A stretch of 64,000 bases of DNA, taken from NCBI GenBank assembly GCA_965202585.1, contig OZ241829.1, forward strand, positions 24,552,001 through 24,616,000. The letters are read 5' to 3'. Origin of the DNA: Thalia democratica. Its lineage: Eukaryota. The notes under the pieces were generated by a model. That model saw only the letters and a list, made by a program, of their open reading frames with translations. It was not told the DNA's origin and did no database searches. The position numbers and the translations under genes were made by a program. Position 1 is the stretch's first letter; every line of letters starts with the position of its first letter. This document shows positions 20,760 through 33,080 of the stretch, in pieces.

Positions 20760-23700
20760 AGAGACAAACTGCTTCATGGCTTATGATCTAAGCATTGGTG
20801 AAGTTTTTTTCTGTAGCTGTTATTTCAGATGCTTAAAATTTGAATGTTTCGAAATTTAAAGCTTACTGCTGGGAGTTTTCGGATGAGACCTTTCTCAACC
20901 TTCTTCTCGAGGAAGCTCATTTGACGCTAGTTATTGGATTCGGAAGCACCGATCTCCAAGTTTTGATTTACTTTTTTCTTTTTTCACTTCTACTTTACCA
21001 TTTCTTTGACAGACTTCTCAGATATTAAGCCTTTTTCATCTTCCACAAACTTTTCGCAGGAATCAGTTCCCTTCAACGCAGTCTTTCTAAAGCTTCGTCA
21101 TGATCAACTCTCTTTCCAGCACTTTACGACTTTATTTATTATCTGGTAATCTCTTCTTGAGTACCATTCTGCTGGTTTCAGCTGAAGACTTTTTAAGCTG
21201 TTTTTTCGGCATCATTTTGTTGAAAAACAAACTTCAACATCTCCAGTTACTTTGTCAGGTTCGCATTGTACGTTTCCAGTTCACCATTCTGTTTTTCCAA
21301 TTTGGGACTTCTTAAGATCAGCGTCACGTGATCTTTCTTCCCCGGCCTTCTACTAAACTCCCCTTCATTTTGTACCCCTCAGGTCCTTACAAAACAATAT
21401 TCATATTCCTCGACCTTCTTTTTGAGGAAGCTCATTTGACGCTCGTTATTTGATTCGAGAACATCGATCTCATGAGTCATTCTATGCATTGTTTTCTATT
21501 TCACCATTTTTTAGCAGACTTTTTCAACCTTTCTGTTTTTCGGCATCTTTGACCTTTTCCAGAAGTTTGACGCGGATTTTGCTCGTGTCTTCAAGAGCTT
21601 GCTGTGCTTCTTCGACTTCCAGCTGTTGGTCAGCGATCAGCTTGCTCTTTATTTTCCTCCTGGAGGTTTGCAGAGCATCTTCCTGAGCAGAGACTCGATC
21701 CCTGAGGGCGGAGACGTTAAGTTGGAGAACGTTGTTTTAGAAAGCAGTATACAACTTTTAGATTTATGTGGATTTGATCTCCGAGACTTCCTCATCTTCT
21801 TCTCTAGTAATTTAATCTGACTTTTTTTGTTTTACTCGACAGCGTCGATCTCCAAGCGGTGAGCCGACTGTTGGTTTGTTTGTTCCCTGGTGGAAAATTG
21901 CTAAATCTTCTTCACAACTATCTACTTCACTCTCATCAGAATTCTCTTTTTCATTTTCTTCACAGACCTAACAAGGAGTTTAGGATCGTGGTCATCTTCA
22001 ACTCGAGATCTTTGTATTTGGCCTTATAAGCTTCCGTCAGTCGGGCTTCGTGAGCAGAAAGAGCTTCGGCAGCTTTGAGCTTCAAACTGACGTTTTTGAC
22101 CTTCTTCTGCCTCAACTCTTGCTTTAGTGCAGTCTTGAATCCGGCGTTCTTGCTTGCTTTAAGTTGTTTTTGATTGCATTTTTACTTGCTTGGACATCAT
22201 ATCGATTTTTACGCTTTGTCTTCAAACTTAATTTTTAAACAACCCGATCTTTAAACAAAAGTTTTAAATCGTTTTATTTGATGAGCTTCTCATTCGCCAG
22301 CCGGACTTCCTTTCGGCTTCAAAATTGTGTTTTTTGCAATTTACTACCTCAGTTCTTGCTTAAGCTTATAGAAAACAAAATAATGCGTAAATTACCTTAA
22401 ATCTATTCCTTTTTGTATTGGATTTCCTTCTAGTCTTTTTTCTATATCATTTTTCGATTTCTTTAAATCTTTCAGTTTTTTGGATATCCTAAAGTTTATT
22501 TGCTAAATCTTAGATTTGAATCCGGCAAATGAAACTTTTTTGAGTTGTTCTTTTATGAAACTCATTGCCGCTCGTGTTTTGATTAAAAAGAGATGAGCCT
22601 TGATTTCATTTTTCCCTAGAAGTCATCTTGGACCTTTGTTTCGTTCTTATTGAATCTCGTCAGTCACAACAACCGAAAAATTGCTACGATCAAAACATTT
22701 TATTAGCTGGAGCTTGTCTCACGGCATAAAAAAGTCCAAGCTTAGGCTCTGAAGACTTTCGTTGATTTTAAACAAATATAATAGACTCACTTTTTCTTCA
22801 AGGTCACAATATCATCACATTATTTTTTCGACACAGTCGGCTACCTAGTTGTCCTGTTGAAAAACTACTTTTAAAAATTTTTAAGTCATGTTTACGTATC
22901 TGGTTTTCTTTTTCTTAAATTTTGACAGCGATCAAATAACTAATTACAGTAGCCGGGAGTTGGCAGACGAGAGTTTCTCTATCTGCTCTGAAAATTCATC
23001 TGACGCTTTTGATTTTACTCCAGAGCGTCGGTCTCCAAGCAATGGATCCGACTGTTGGCTTTCTTGATCCTTACTTGAAGTCGTCTCTCAGTATTCATAA
23101 ATCATACTCAATTTCTTTTATAACATGCTGCACAACAGCAGCTGGCTCTTCAGCGTATAGACTCACTCATTTTTCTTAATATCTCCTTCGACACATACTT
23201 TTCAGTCGGCTCCTCAGTTGTCCTGTTGACAAATAACTTTTAATAATATTTAAGTTAGTTTTACTTATCTGGTTTTCTTTTCATTAACTTTTGACAGCGA
23301 TCTAATAAATAGTCACAGTAGCCGGTAGTTTTTAGACGAGAGTTTCTCTATCTTCTTCTCGAGTAAACTCGTCTTACGTTATTTGATTTTAATTTAAAGC
23401 GTCGATCTCCATGCGATGAGTTAGCTTGCGATCTTAGCTTCAGTGGAAAGTTAATAAGCTTCTTCACAGCCATCTGCTTCACTCTCATCAAAATTATCTT
23501 CTTCATTTTTCTAATGGACCTGGTCGACCGTTGCTGCTCTATCTTGGCGGTCAGACCTGCCAAAGGGTTTAGGATCGTGGTCATCTTCAACTCGAGATCT
23601 TTGTACTTGATCTGATGACATTCGTCCGTTAGCCGGGTTTCATGAGCAGCGAGAATTTTGGCAGCTTTCAGTTTCAAACTAACGTTTTTGACCTTTTTCT

Positions 23701-23960
23701 ACCTTAATTCTTTTCATTTTTTAAAAGATCGCTGTTTTTCTGTGGAAATAGATAATTCTTATACTTTTTAAAGCAATTCCTTAGCGAGAGATATTTGTCT
23801 TTCGCAGCATTGCTTATTTATTTTATCCTAAACTTTGTATTACTTTTAAACATTTTTACTAAATTTTGAACAAAGTTTTTTAAGTAAGATTTAGCAGCAG
23901 CTAATTATTTTATTATACGGAATTCAGGTCAATTTCTGCTTGTTTTACAATAATTTCAGA
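20760..23960 (-). pseudogene. Decayed tandem copies of an intronless coiled-coil coding unit (left block)
   Basis: Mutually similar segments at about 20880-20990/21410-21480, 21960-22110/23570-23700 and 22830-22990/23190-23350. They translate to fragments such as LKAAKILAAHETRLTDECHQIKYKDLELKMTTILNPL and HEIDVLESNNERQMSFLKKKVEE, with many stops and frameshifts. Confidence 0.55.
22625..22670 (-). ncRNA. Second type I hammerhead motif, same family, degenerate
   Basis: Minus strand reads CTGACGA GATTCAATAAGAAC GAAA CAAAG GTC, about 28/33 identical to the core at 18882-18914; stem I poorly paired. Confidence 0.55.
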
Positions 23961-23971
23961 TTCCTCTAGTA

Positions 23972-26900
23972 TAGGGGTGGGCAACGTACGGCCCGCGGGC
24001 CGGATCCGGCCCGCTAGGCATTTTAAAAATTTATATGAAATCCGACAAGCCAATGTAGTTATTACAAAATTTGTACAAAACCTCTTTCGAATTGTTTTCA
24101 CAAAACTGAAAGACTTTGACCCTGAAAACGTTTTTAAAAATGGCTTTTTATTTTTGTGGTGAAATAACACCACTTTGTTATGGTATGTTATTTTGGTTTA
24201 AGTCAGTTGAAGCAATCCTTTATCAAATTACCCCAAAAATATTTGTATGCTGAAATAACTTTCTTGATGATCCAAACTATTCAATTCATCTTCATAAACA
24301 ATGGACGTATAAAAAATTGCTGTCTTGCCTAGATGTGTAGTGAGTTGATTTTATAAATGTTTTTTTTTTTTTCCATTCAAACATTGGCAATTATTTTGAG
24401 TTAAACTGCTTTACATTTTAGTAAAATATTCAAAGTTGAGACAACAGTTTGCACTCTTTTCTGATATTGATTTTTAACTATGGACTTTTTGATTAATTAA
24501 ATGGTCAAGTTTAGTGATAACCAGATTTTGACATTATTTCAAAATAATATCTCATTGATTTCAAGTATGATTTGTTTGAAAATTTATCTGTGTATGTTTG
24601 TAGTAATAGTTTACAATCTAGTAAAATTTTGAATAATAGTTGTTAAATTTTAAAAGCAAAATACAAGAAAGTTTCTTATGAATATTAACATTACTTATGA
24701 AATATGTTTTTTTTTTTTGAGAAATTTTGCCTCACACTGAGACTACTAAATAACTCTGGCTAGTCTAAAGTTCTCTAAAAACTCAGCCAACTTAGGATAT
24801 TTTTATAAATGGCAGGCAAAATTATATGGTTTGGTTATTATAATTTTCAATTTTGTTCTCATTAAGTTTTTTATTTGAAGTTATTAGGTATTTAACATTG
24901 GTAAATGCTTAATTTTTCAAACTTGGATGATATCAAGTTTTGATTTGACTTTTCTTTTAAACTCAGACTTGTTTTTGTTCAACCAGTTATTTTTATTTTC
25001 AAAAAGAGTTTCAATCCTATTATAACTTGGAATAAATAAAAATATATTGCAAGATGTTTAATATTTATAGATTTGTTTTAACTCCTTTAGATTGTAGTAT
25101 CCAATTAGTTATTTAATCTATAATATTGAAAAAACCATGAACTTGAAAGATTTGGCAAAGTTAAATTTTATTGCCAACAACTTAGTACTTAAAAGATAAC
25201 AAGATATAACCCTAACAATTTGAGGACAATTGTTTTGACTCTAAAAGTGGAAACCCTGCACTGTATACTATGAATTTAATTTAAATAAACATTGTTTTGA
25301 TTTTTACTCTAAATATATGTGGATCAATAAGCTGAATCACAATTCAACTTATTTAGCATAGTAATATATATTTGAGAACAATTTTAAGTTTTACTTATAT
25401 TCATTAAATATACTTTTCAATTTATGTTTGCTGTTGCCTAACAGTCAAGACACTCAGGATAATTTATAATTTTTATAATCTCAAAATGACACAGTACAAC
25501 TTAGGATGCTCCAAAGTTGACACACATTCTGGGTACTCAAGATAATTCAGAATATTTTAAGGTTTCTGAAAATCTTTATATGACTCAGTTTAACTCAGAA
25601 TATTTTGAATTTGATTTTTAAACTCAGGCTGCCCATAGTAATTTTTTCTATAAAAATTTCAGGATATTTTAAGATTTCTGAAGTTACCAGTTTTTTCTAG
25701 ATTTTAAATGAGATTCAGTTGAATTTATTTCAATATGTTATTAGTTTGTAACTAACTTTGTTAAATTACTTTAGTTTTATTAGTTTTGAAAAGTTTTTAA
25801 ACTTTTTAAGGATAACCCAGGACAGTTTGTAGTCACTCAGGACAGTTTTTTTTTTACTAGAAATAGTTTAAACAATTCTAAAAATCTTAAGCCAGTTTCA
25901 TTTTTCTAAATTTTGTATGAGATTTAGTTTCAATGCTTTGTTTTATAATTAATTTTCTTGAAAAAAATAATTTTTATAAATTAAAAAATTAAGGATTAAA
26001 AAAAATCACGACAATTAAAGGTCACTCAAGAAAGTTTATTTTACTAAAAGAGTAGCACATCTGTTGCTAGTTGAAACCCCTCTTTGTAGTCAATATTGAT
26101 ACAGATTTTTTGTTGAGAACTTAAAATTGAGTATATGAATAAGATTATGAATATCTAAAAAATAATATTCATGATTTCCCTTATTTTGGTTTACTAACTG
26201 TAACCATTGTTTTTTGTATATATTGGTATCGATTTTCCATAAGGCTTTTAATCCTTATTACAAAGTAATCCTTTTTATTAAAGTATTTATAAGCTTACAT
26301 TTATCTTTTTGTACTTAGTGAGTAAACAAGAAATACTTAGCAGTGTATTACAAACAGATTTGTTTTATTTTACCATAAGTTTCAGTGGTCCTTTAATAAT
26401 CAAGAGTTTTAATTTTTGATTTTATGTGTATACATAAGTAGTTAAATAAAAATTAATTTGAGGTCAGTTTGCTGAATTTCAAATTTCTATACAAATTGGA
26501 AAACTAGTATAAAATTTTGTGTGTATTAAGATTTTAAGTTTTATAACAAATATTTATGGACTAACTATGTAACTATTTAAAAAAAAGAACTGTTATGAGT
26601 AATCTTGTAAAACTTAGTTTTCAATTTAAGTATGATGTGTAAGTCAGTATTTTTTGTGTTTCTTGGTTATAACAAAAACTGCCCATCAGAAGTTTAATTA
26701 ATTTTACATGAAATTTTAAAGTAAAATACAAAAAAATTTTTGTTTTAATGAACATTGTAATATATTTTATTGAGAACTTATTCATTGGTTATACAACTAA
26801 ATTTAGTGGTTACCTTTTGATAGAAATTTATTAAAAAGTAAAAAAAATATTAGTTTTGTTTTTAGTATTTTTTGTGTTTGTTGATAACAATGACTGTTTT

Positions 26901-29900
26901 TCATTAGATAAATTATTAGTTTAGGTATTCATGATAAAAAATGTATCTTTTTTTTAAAGTCTATAAGTACTTCATTAAATTATATACTTTTTGCAATTTG
27001 AGGTTATATTCAAAATCTTAAGCAGTATATCATATACAGATAAGTTTTATTTCTTTTATTAATGATTCTATTTTGCAAGTAAGTATTTAATGTTTTTGTT
27101 AGTGCTATTCTAGTTTAACTAAATTAGTGAAAGTACATGTTTTGTTAACTTGATTTTTAAAACTTAAAGTTATTTATTAACATAATACAGTATAAGTTGA
27201 AACAAAAGCATTTTATCAGATTATGGTAAATATATTACACTTTGAAATTTAGGCAATTTGTTAAACTTTGTTATGTAAGTCTTGAAAGTTAGAAAAAATT
27301 AAGATGAATTTTTAATTAGATGATATTGTTTCTTTATTTAATTGTGTCTTCAGATAAATATTTTGATTTAAATATAATTGTTACATTTCTTTATACTCAT
27401 GGTGTATAGAAATTTTATAGAAATTTATAACTTAAAATTTTATAATCATGGATAGCCCAAAGAAACGAAAAATTGATTTAGCATGTCGAGTATTCAATAA
27501 AGACTGGATGTCAAGGTATTTCTTTACACAAGTTGGAAACAATGCAGTTTGTTTGCTGTGTAGTCAAACTGTTTCTGTAAATAAAAAATACAACGTAAGT
27601 CGTCATTATCGACTCAAACATCTTGACTATGGAAAGAATTTGTCAGTAGAGGAACGGGAAGCTAGAGCAAAAGAGCTTGACAAAAAACTAGCAAGACAGC
27701 AAAATGTTTTTTTAAAAAGTAAATCAGCCGAGGAAGCTTCAACTCGCGCCAGTTTTTTGGTTTCATACAACATTGCTAAACATTGTAAACCATTTAGCGA
27801 TGGTGAGTTTTTTAAAAAGTGTATGCTTGATGTGGCTGATGAAGTCTGTCCCCAGTCCAGAAAGAAGTTTGAAGGAGTGAGTTTGTCAAGACGAACTGTT
27901 GCTCGCCGCATTGAAGCTATTGGTGAAGACCTGACTTCACAATTTAAAATGCGTGTACCTTCATTTCGGTATTTTTCATTGGCATTAGATGAGAGTACAG
28001 ACATTGGCGACACTGCACAGCTGCTTGTCTTTGTGCGAGCAATTTCAGAAAATTTCGATATCACAGAAGAATTGCTGTCAATGAAAGGCACAACTACTGG
28101 GAAAGATATTTACCAATGTGTGGAGAATGCAATTTGTAAAATGAACTTATCATGGGAGAATATGGTAAGTGTCACTACAGATGGCTGTCCAGCACTAACA
28201 GGAAAAAATGTTGGCTTGCTAAAAAGACTTAGTGACAAAGTTGCAGAGGTTGGCTGCGGAAAGGAATTGATATTTTTACACTGCATAATACACCAGGAGG
28301 TGTTATGTAGAAAAGTTCTCAAAATGCAGCATGTAGTTAATCCAGTTGTAAAGATAGTTAACTTCATTAGAGCAAAGGGGCTCAATCACAGGCAATTCAA
28401 AACGCTTCTCGAAAATTCCGACTCTGACCACAATGATATTCCATATCATACAGCTGTACGCTGGTTGAGTTTAGGTAAAGTTTTGGACCGCGTTTGGGAA
28501 TTAAAACCGCAAATACGACAATTTTTAGAGATAAAAGGTAAACAAAACGATTTTCCTCAGTTCGAAAATACGGAATGGCTTTCAGATTTTGCATTCATGG
28601 TTGACTTGTTTGGGCATATGAACGAGCTGAATACCAAACTGCTGGGGAAAGATACTTTTGCCTATGAATTGTACTTCGTAGTAAAGGCATTTAGACTAAA
28701 GTTAAAACTTTTCTCTCGTCATCTCAATGAGAACAACTTTACCCATTTTGCAAAACTTGAGACTACAGAACCATCAGTGATTACAATGAAAAAGTATAAC
28801 AACATCATAGTCTCACTTGATAATGAGTTTGGCCGTCGTTTTGCGGACTTTCAACAACTTAGTGAAGAGTTTGACATAGTGTCATCACCATTGACGTTTG
28901 ACACCGAAAATGCACCTGGTAATGTACAGTTAGAACTAATTGAACTACAATGCGACAGTACACTAAAAGAAAAGTTCAAAACTGAACGAATTGACAGATT
29001 TTATGCCTTACTGAACAAGTCAAAATTTGTTAATTTAAAAAAGATGGCAATGAAGTTACTTGTTCTGTTTGGTTCTACATATATTTGTGAACAAACATTC
29101 TCAACCATGAATATAAACAAGAGTAAGCTGCGCTCTAATCTTACTGATTCGAACCTTACTGAGAATTTCTACTTCTAACATATTACCAGATATTAAGCAA
29201 CTTGTCAAAAACTTTGATGATCCACAAATGTCTCATTGACTTCTTTTTCGTGTAACTATTCTTGCTAAAATATTCAAACTTTACATTAAAAATATTATGT
29301 GACAGTTTTAGGTGTTAGTTTTTCGTTTATTAATATTTTCTTAACGAAATTGATCTTAATCTGAAAGTCTGTTAAATTTTAATGTTTATCATGTTAAAAA
29401 TATTAACTAACCTATTTTCATTTTATTATTTCGTTATTTTATGTTAATACTTTTGTAAAAGTATTTTAGATGCAATGTTTGATAGCATTATTTTTTAAGT
29501 ACAGAACTTTGTTAAACTACATAAGTTGTTCAAAACTGTTTTATATTTTGAAAGTTAAGTATTAAAATTTTAAGTTAAAGTAATTTTTATCTAAATTTAA
29601 CTGTTTTGTAAATAAGTTGGTATAAAAATTTAAATCAAACATATAATTTTATTTGCTCTTAGTAGATTTTTAGATAGATTTTATGTACAATTGAGCAAGC
29701 TAAAGTTTGTCAACTTCACAAGATGTCCATGAAACCAGTTGTTTTGTTCGAGACTTCATACATTTGAAGACAAACATTTCCGACCTTAGACATCTTTAAG
29801 GATAAGCTAATTTCATACCGAATCAGTATTCCAGTGCACTTGCAGATTTTTCCAAACCGTCATGCAACTTCTAAACAACTCTAATAGATTATCAACCTTA

Positions 29901-30571
29901 AGTGTTTCATCTGCATCTTTTAATTTTTTTTCGCTTTTTATGGTAAAACTGTTTATTATATAAGATTTATTTGTTGTTTTGATACTTTTATACGTGCAAA
30001 AATTTGTAATGAATCTTTATAAGTTTATTTAAATTAAAAGGTAGTAGTCTAGCACCGTAATGTAAGTAAACTTCTGAATAATATTATTAATGTAAACTCC
30101 AGCCAAGAATTGTAAAAATTAGATAGTTTCGAATAGTTAACAATTTTTTTAATGTTACAGCTTGTAATGTTAGGCTCGAGTAACTTATAGTAAGTAAATT
30201 ATTGTTTTTATAAGATTAAGTAGTATTAGTTCGGTCCAGAGTTATAATCAATATAGAGTTAATAAAAATTAACATAAAATTTCATACTTGAGAACCTTGG
30301 CAATTAATAAAATGATTCAAAATTCTAAAATACTCGATCAATTAGCATCCAGCCGGAACCCAAATCTTTTTTGGGATTAGATTTCATTCGGATCCAGAGC
30401 CTTTTCTAAAATAAGTATTTTGCTAGATCCGGATAATATTTTTAAATAAGGATCCGGATCTATAAAAGGATCCAGTTGAATCCTGTAGATCACTTACTCT
30501 AAATGCTCCGGCCCGCAGAAGCTTTTTTTTTGTTGATCCGGCCCGTCAATTATTTACGTTGCCCACCCCTA
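23972..30571 (+). mobile_element. Full-length hAT DNA transposon, SPIN/Buster (GTF2IRD2-like) type, 6600 bp
   Basis: Perfect 17-bp TIR TAGGGGTGGGCAACGTA; perfect 8-bp TSD CTCTAGTA (23964-71, 30572-79); GGCCCG subterminal repeats; internal transposase. Confidence 0.95.
27448..29239 (+). CDS. hAT (SPIN-like) transposase, 576-aa ORF with a frameshifted C-terminus
   Basis: BED-like CLLC..H..H, SLALDESTD, SVTTDGCPALTG, HCIIHQE, RWLSLG and FGSTYICEQTFS. The expected tail LRISTSNILPDIKQLVKNFDDPQMSH* is in another frame ending at 29239, so the frameshift is near 29155. Confidence 0.92.
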
Positions 30572-30579
30572 CTCTAGTA

Positions 30580-32590
30580 GTTTCTCATTTTTATTTACTT
30601 CCACCAGAAGCTTATTGTCCTCTCTTCAATTGTTTTTTCAGTAGATTTTGGTCTTGAACAACTTCTGCCTGTTGATCAGCTTGCTTGCTTCTTGATTTTT
30701 CTTCTGGAGGTTGTTGAAGAGCATCTTCCTAAACAGAGACCGGATTCGTTTGGGATCCTCCGTTGCAGCACCGGGTTCAACCCTGGTGGCTTCCATGGAA
30801 GAACTCGCATCAGCGAGCTCTTTTACATTGTCAAATACAAAGTTTAAAGTATGTTGTATTATATTTAATACAAATCTCTCATTTACATGTTTTATATTAA
30901 TTAGATTCAAGTCTTTTTAGTACACCAGAAACAAAAATAATCTACTTTTTATTTTTGGCTAACTGATTTTTCAAGCCGCATGTTTTCTTCTTCAGCAAGC
31001 ATCGGATCTCGTTGAAGCTTCCAGCAATGCTGCCAATTTAGCTGTTGAAATATTAGAAAATTATTTTATGTTTTAAGCTTACTTTTCTGGTTTCTTTTTT
31101 CTCCTTAACTTTTGACTGGGTTCTAATATAAAAGTTATTAAATAGGCTTAATTTGTTGGTAAAGTATCAGTTAAAAAGTATATCTTTATCATAGCTAAGG
31201 GCGTTTAGTTTTATAACAACAATACTTTTTATAAGTAGTTATTGCAAAGTTTTTAAAATAAATTCCATAAACTCATTTGATTGAAATTTCAGTATGTTTA
31301 CAAAGCAGTATACATGTATTAGATTTAAGGGAGTGGCAGGGAGCTCATTGGACACAAAGTATTCACCTCAAAGTTACTGTTTTTATATGTACAGTAATTT
31401 ATGTTTCTGTATTCACAACTTTATCTACTATGTACTTATCTTTTCTATTGTACCATTTCTTTAACAGATTTTTCCAACATCCAGCCTTTTAAAATCTTCC
31501 TCAACTTTTCTTTCACACGAGTCAGTTCCTCATCAGCACAGTCTTTCTCACGCTCCTTCATGCACAACTCTTTTGCAAGAACTTCGCCATTATTATTAGT
31601 TTTATAGCAATCTCTTCTCGAGTAGTTTACCCTCGCGATCCAATAGCGTTCATCTCTATGAAGATGGCTATGAGACTATATTCTGCTGCTTTCATCAGAA
31701 GACACTTCAAGCTGTTTTTCTGCATTTTCCACCTCATTCAGAAGTTTGACGAGGTTCTTACTCGTGTCTTGAAGATTTCACTGTGCTTCTTAGATTTCTA
31801 GCTGTCGGTCAGCTTGCTTGATTTTCCTTCTAGAGGTTGCTGAAGAGCAACTTCCTGTGCAGAGACTTGATTCCTGTGACTAGATATCGATGTTGTCCTC
31901 CGAGTCACTTCCACGGAAGAATTCGCAGCAGCGATTTATTTCTAGATACATTATCAAATACATAGCTTAAAATCTGTTGTATTTTATTGAATACAAATCT
32001 CTCATTTTAGTTGTTGTTTTCTTCCTAACTTCTTTATTGATTAGTTTGAAATCTTTTTGTCAGCTAGAAACGAAAAACTCTCCACTTTCTTTTATTCTAT
32101 TTTGACTATTAATTTTGAAGAATGTCGTTTTATTTTGTACTTTTTCAAGCTGCGCGTTTTTTTCCTCACCGAGCATCGGATAATCTTCTTCTCAAGCGCT
32201 TGCTGCTGCCAAAGTAGCCGTTAAAGTATTATTATTAGTTTTAAGAACTTACATATATGTTTTACTTTTCTTAACTTTTGACAGGTATCTAATAAACAGT
32301 CACTGTAGCCGGTATTGACAGACGAGAGTTCATCTTTTTCTCTAACATTTCACTCGGAAGCATCTCCAGGCAGTGAGCTCCATGTTGGCTTATGATCTTA
32401 GCTTGAGAAAGTTTCTGCAGTTTGTCCACCTTGGCGGTAATACCTTGTAATGAGTTTAGGCTCGCAGTCACCTTCAACTCGAGATCTTTGTATTTGAACT
32501 GATGAGCTTTCTCGTCGTCCGCCAGCGGGCTTTAGGAGCAGCGAGATTTTTGGCAGCTTCAAACTGAATTCAGGAAGCAACACTGAAATG
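30580..32590 (-). pseudogene. Decayed coiled-coil coding units (right block; same family as 20760-23960)
   Basis: 30660-30740 and 31740-31880 match 21570-21710; 32460-32570 matches 23570-23690; 32250-32330 matches 23260-23350. Confidence 0.55.
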
Positions 32591-32986
32591 ATTTATTTCC
32601 GCTCACGTCTTAATAGAGCTCTACAAAACGCCACCCAATAAGAAATTCTGTTGAGGATATTCGAAAGAAAAGCGAGGGTTTATGTTTAATTAATTCTTCA
32701 GCGAGCTTGATTAGGAGGCAAAATGCAGATGATCAATGGATGAAGGTGCCACAGAATCAACCACTTAAGTTCAGCGAAATAACCGCAGGAACAAGTAAAT
32801 GTTGCCGGAAGAAGAACGGAATAAGCTTTTATCTTCACAACTGAAAGATTTTCACGATTACCTTAACTAAGAATGTGGTTCAAAGAAATAAAGACTTAAG
32901 ATTCACAAGTATATATTTTTACTTCCATTTTTTACTTTAAAATTAAGTCTCATAGGATTTTTATAAATATTTATACGTCTTTAAAT

Positions 32987-33080
32987 CAGTGGTTGTCAAG
33001 GTGTAGACTAGTGTACACAAAACTTTTTTTGGGGTGCACGAAATTTTTAGGGTACACGAAACATATCTAGGGGTACACGA
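32987..33080. mobile_element. Probable left end of a decayed hAT MITE
   Basis: CAGTGGTTGTCAAGGTG resembles the Charlie-type TIR, followed by GGGTACACGAA repeats; other end not found. Confidence 0.35.

Noticed and set aside
29690-29940. Possible nested hAT transposase relic on the minus strand (…VHWNTDSV…LVSWTSCEVDKL)
   Set aside because: Only faint motif resemblance with several stops; too weak to call without a profile search.
31520-31560. Other CTGANGA hits as possible hammerheads (31530 minus, 21915 minus, 23612, 32498, 32650)
   Set aside because: None has a correctly placed stem II, GAAA and NUH arrangement.
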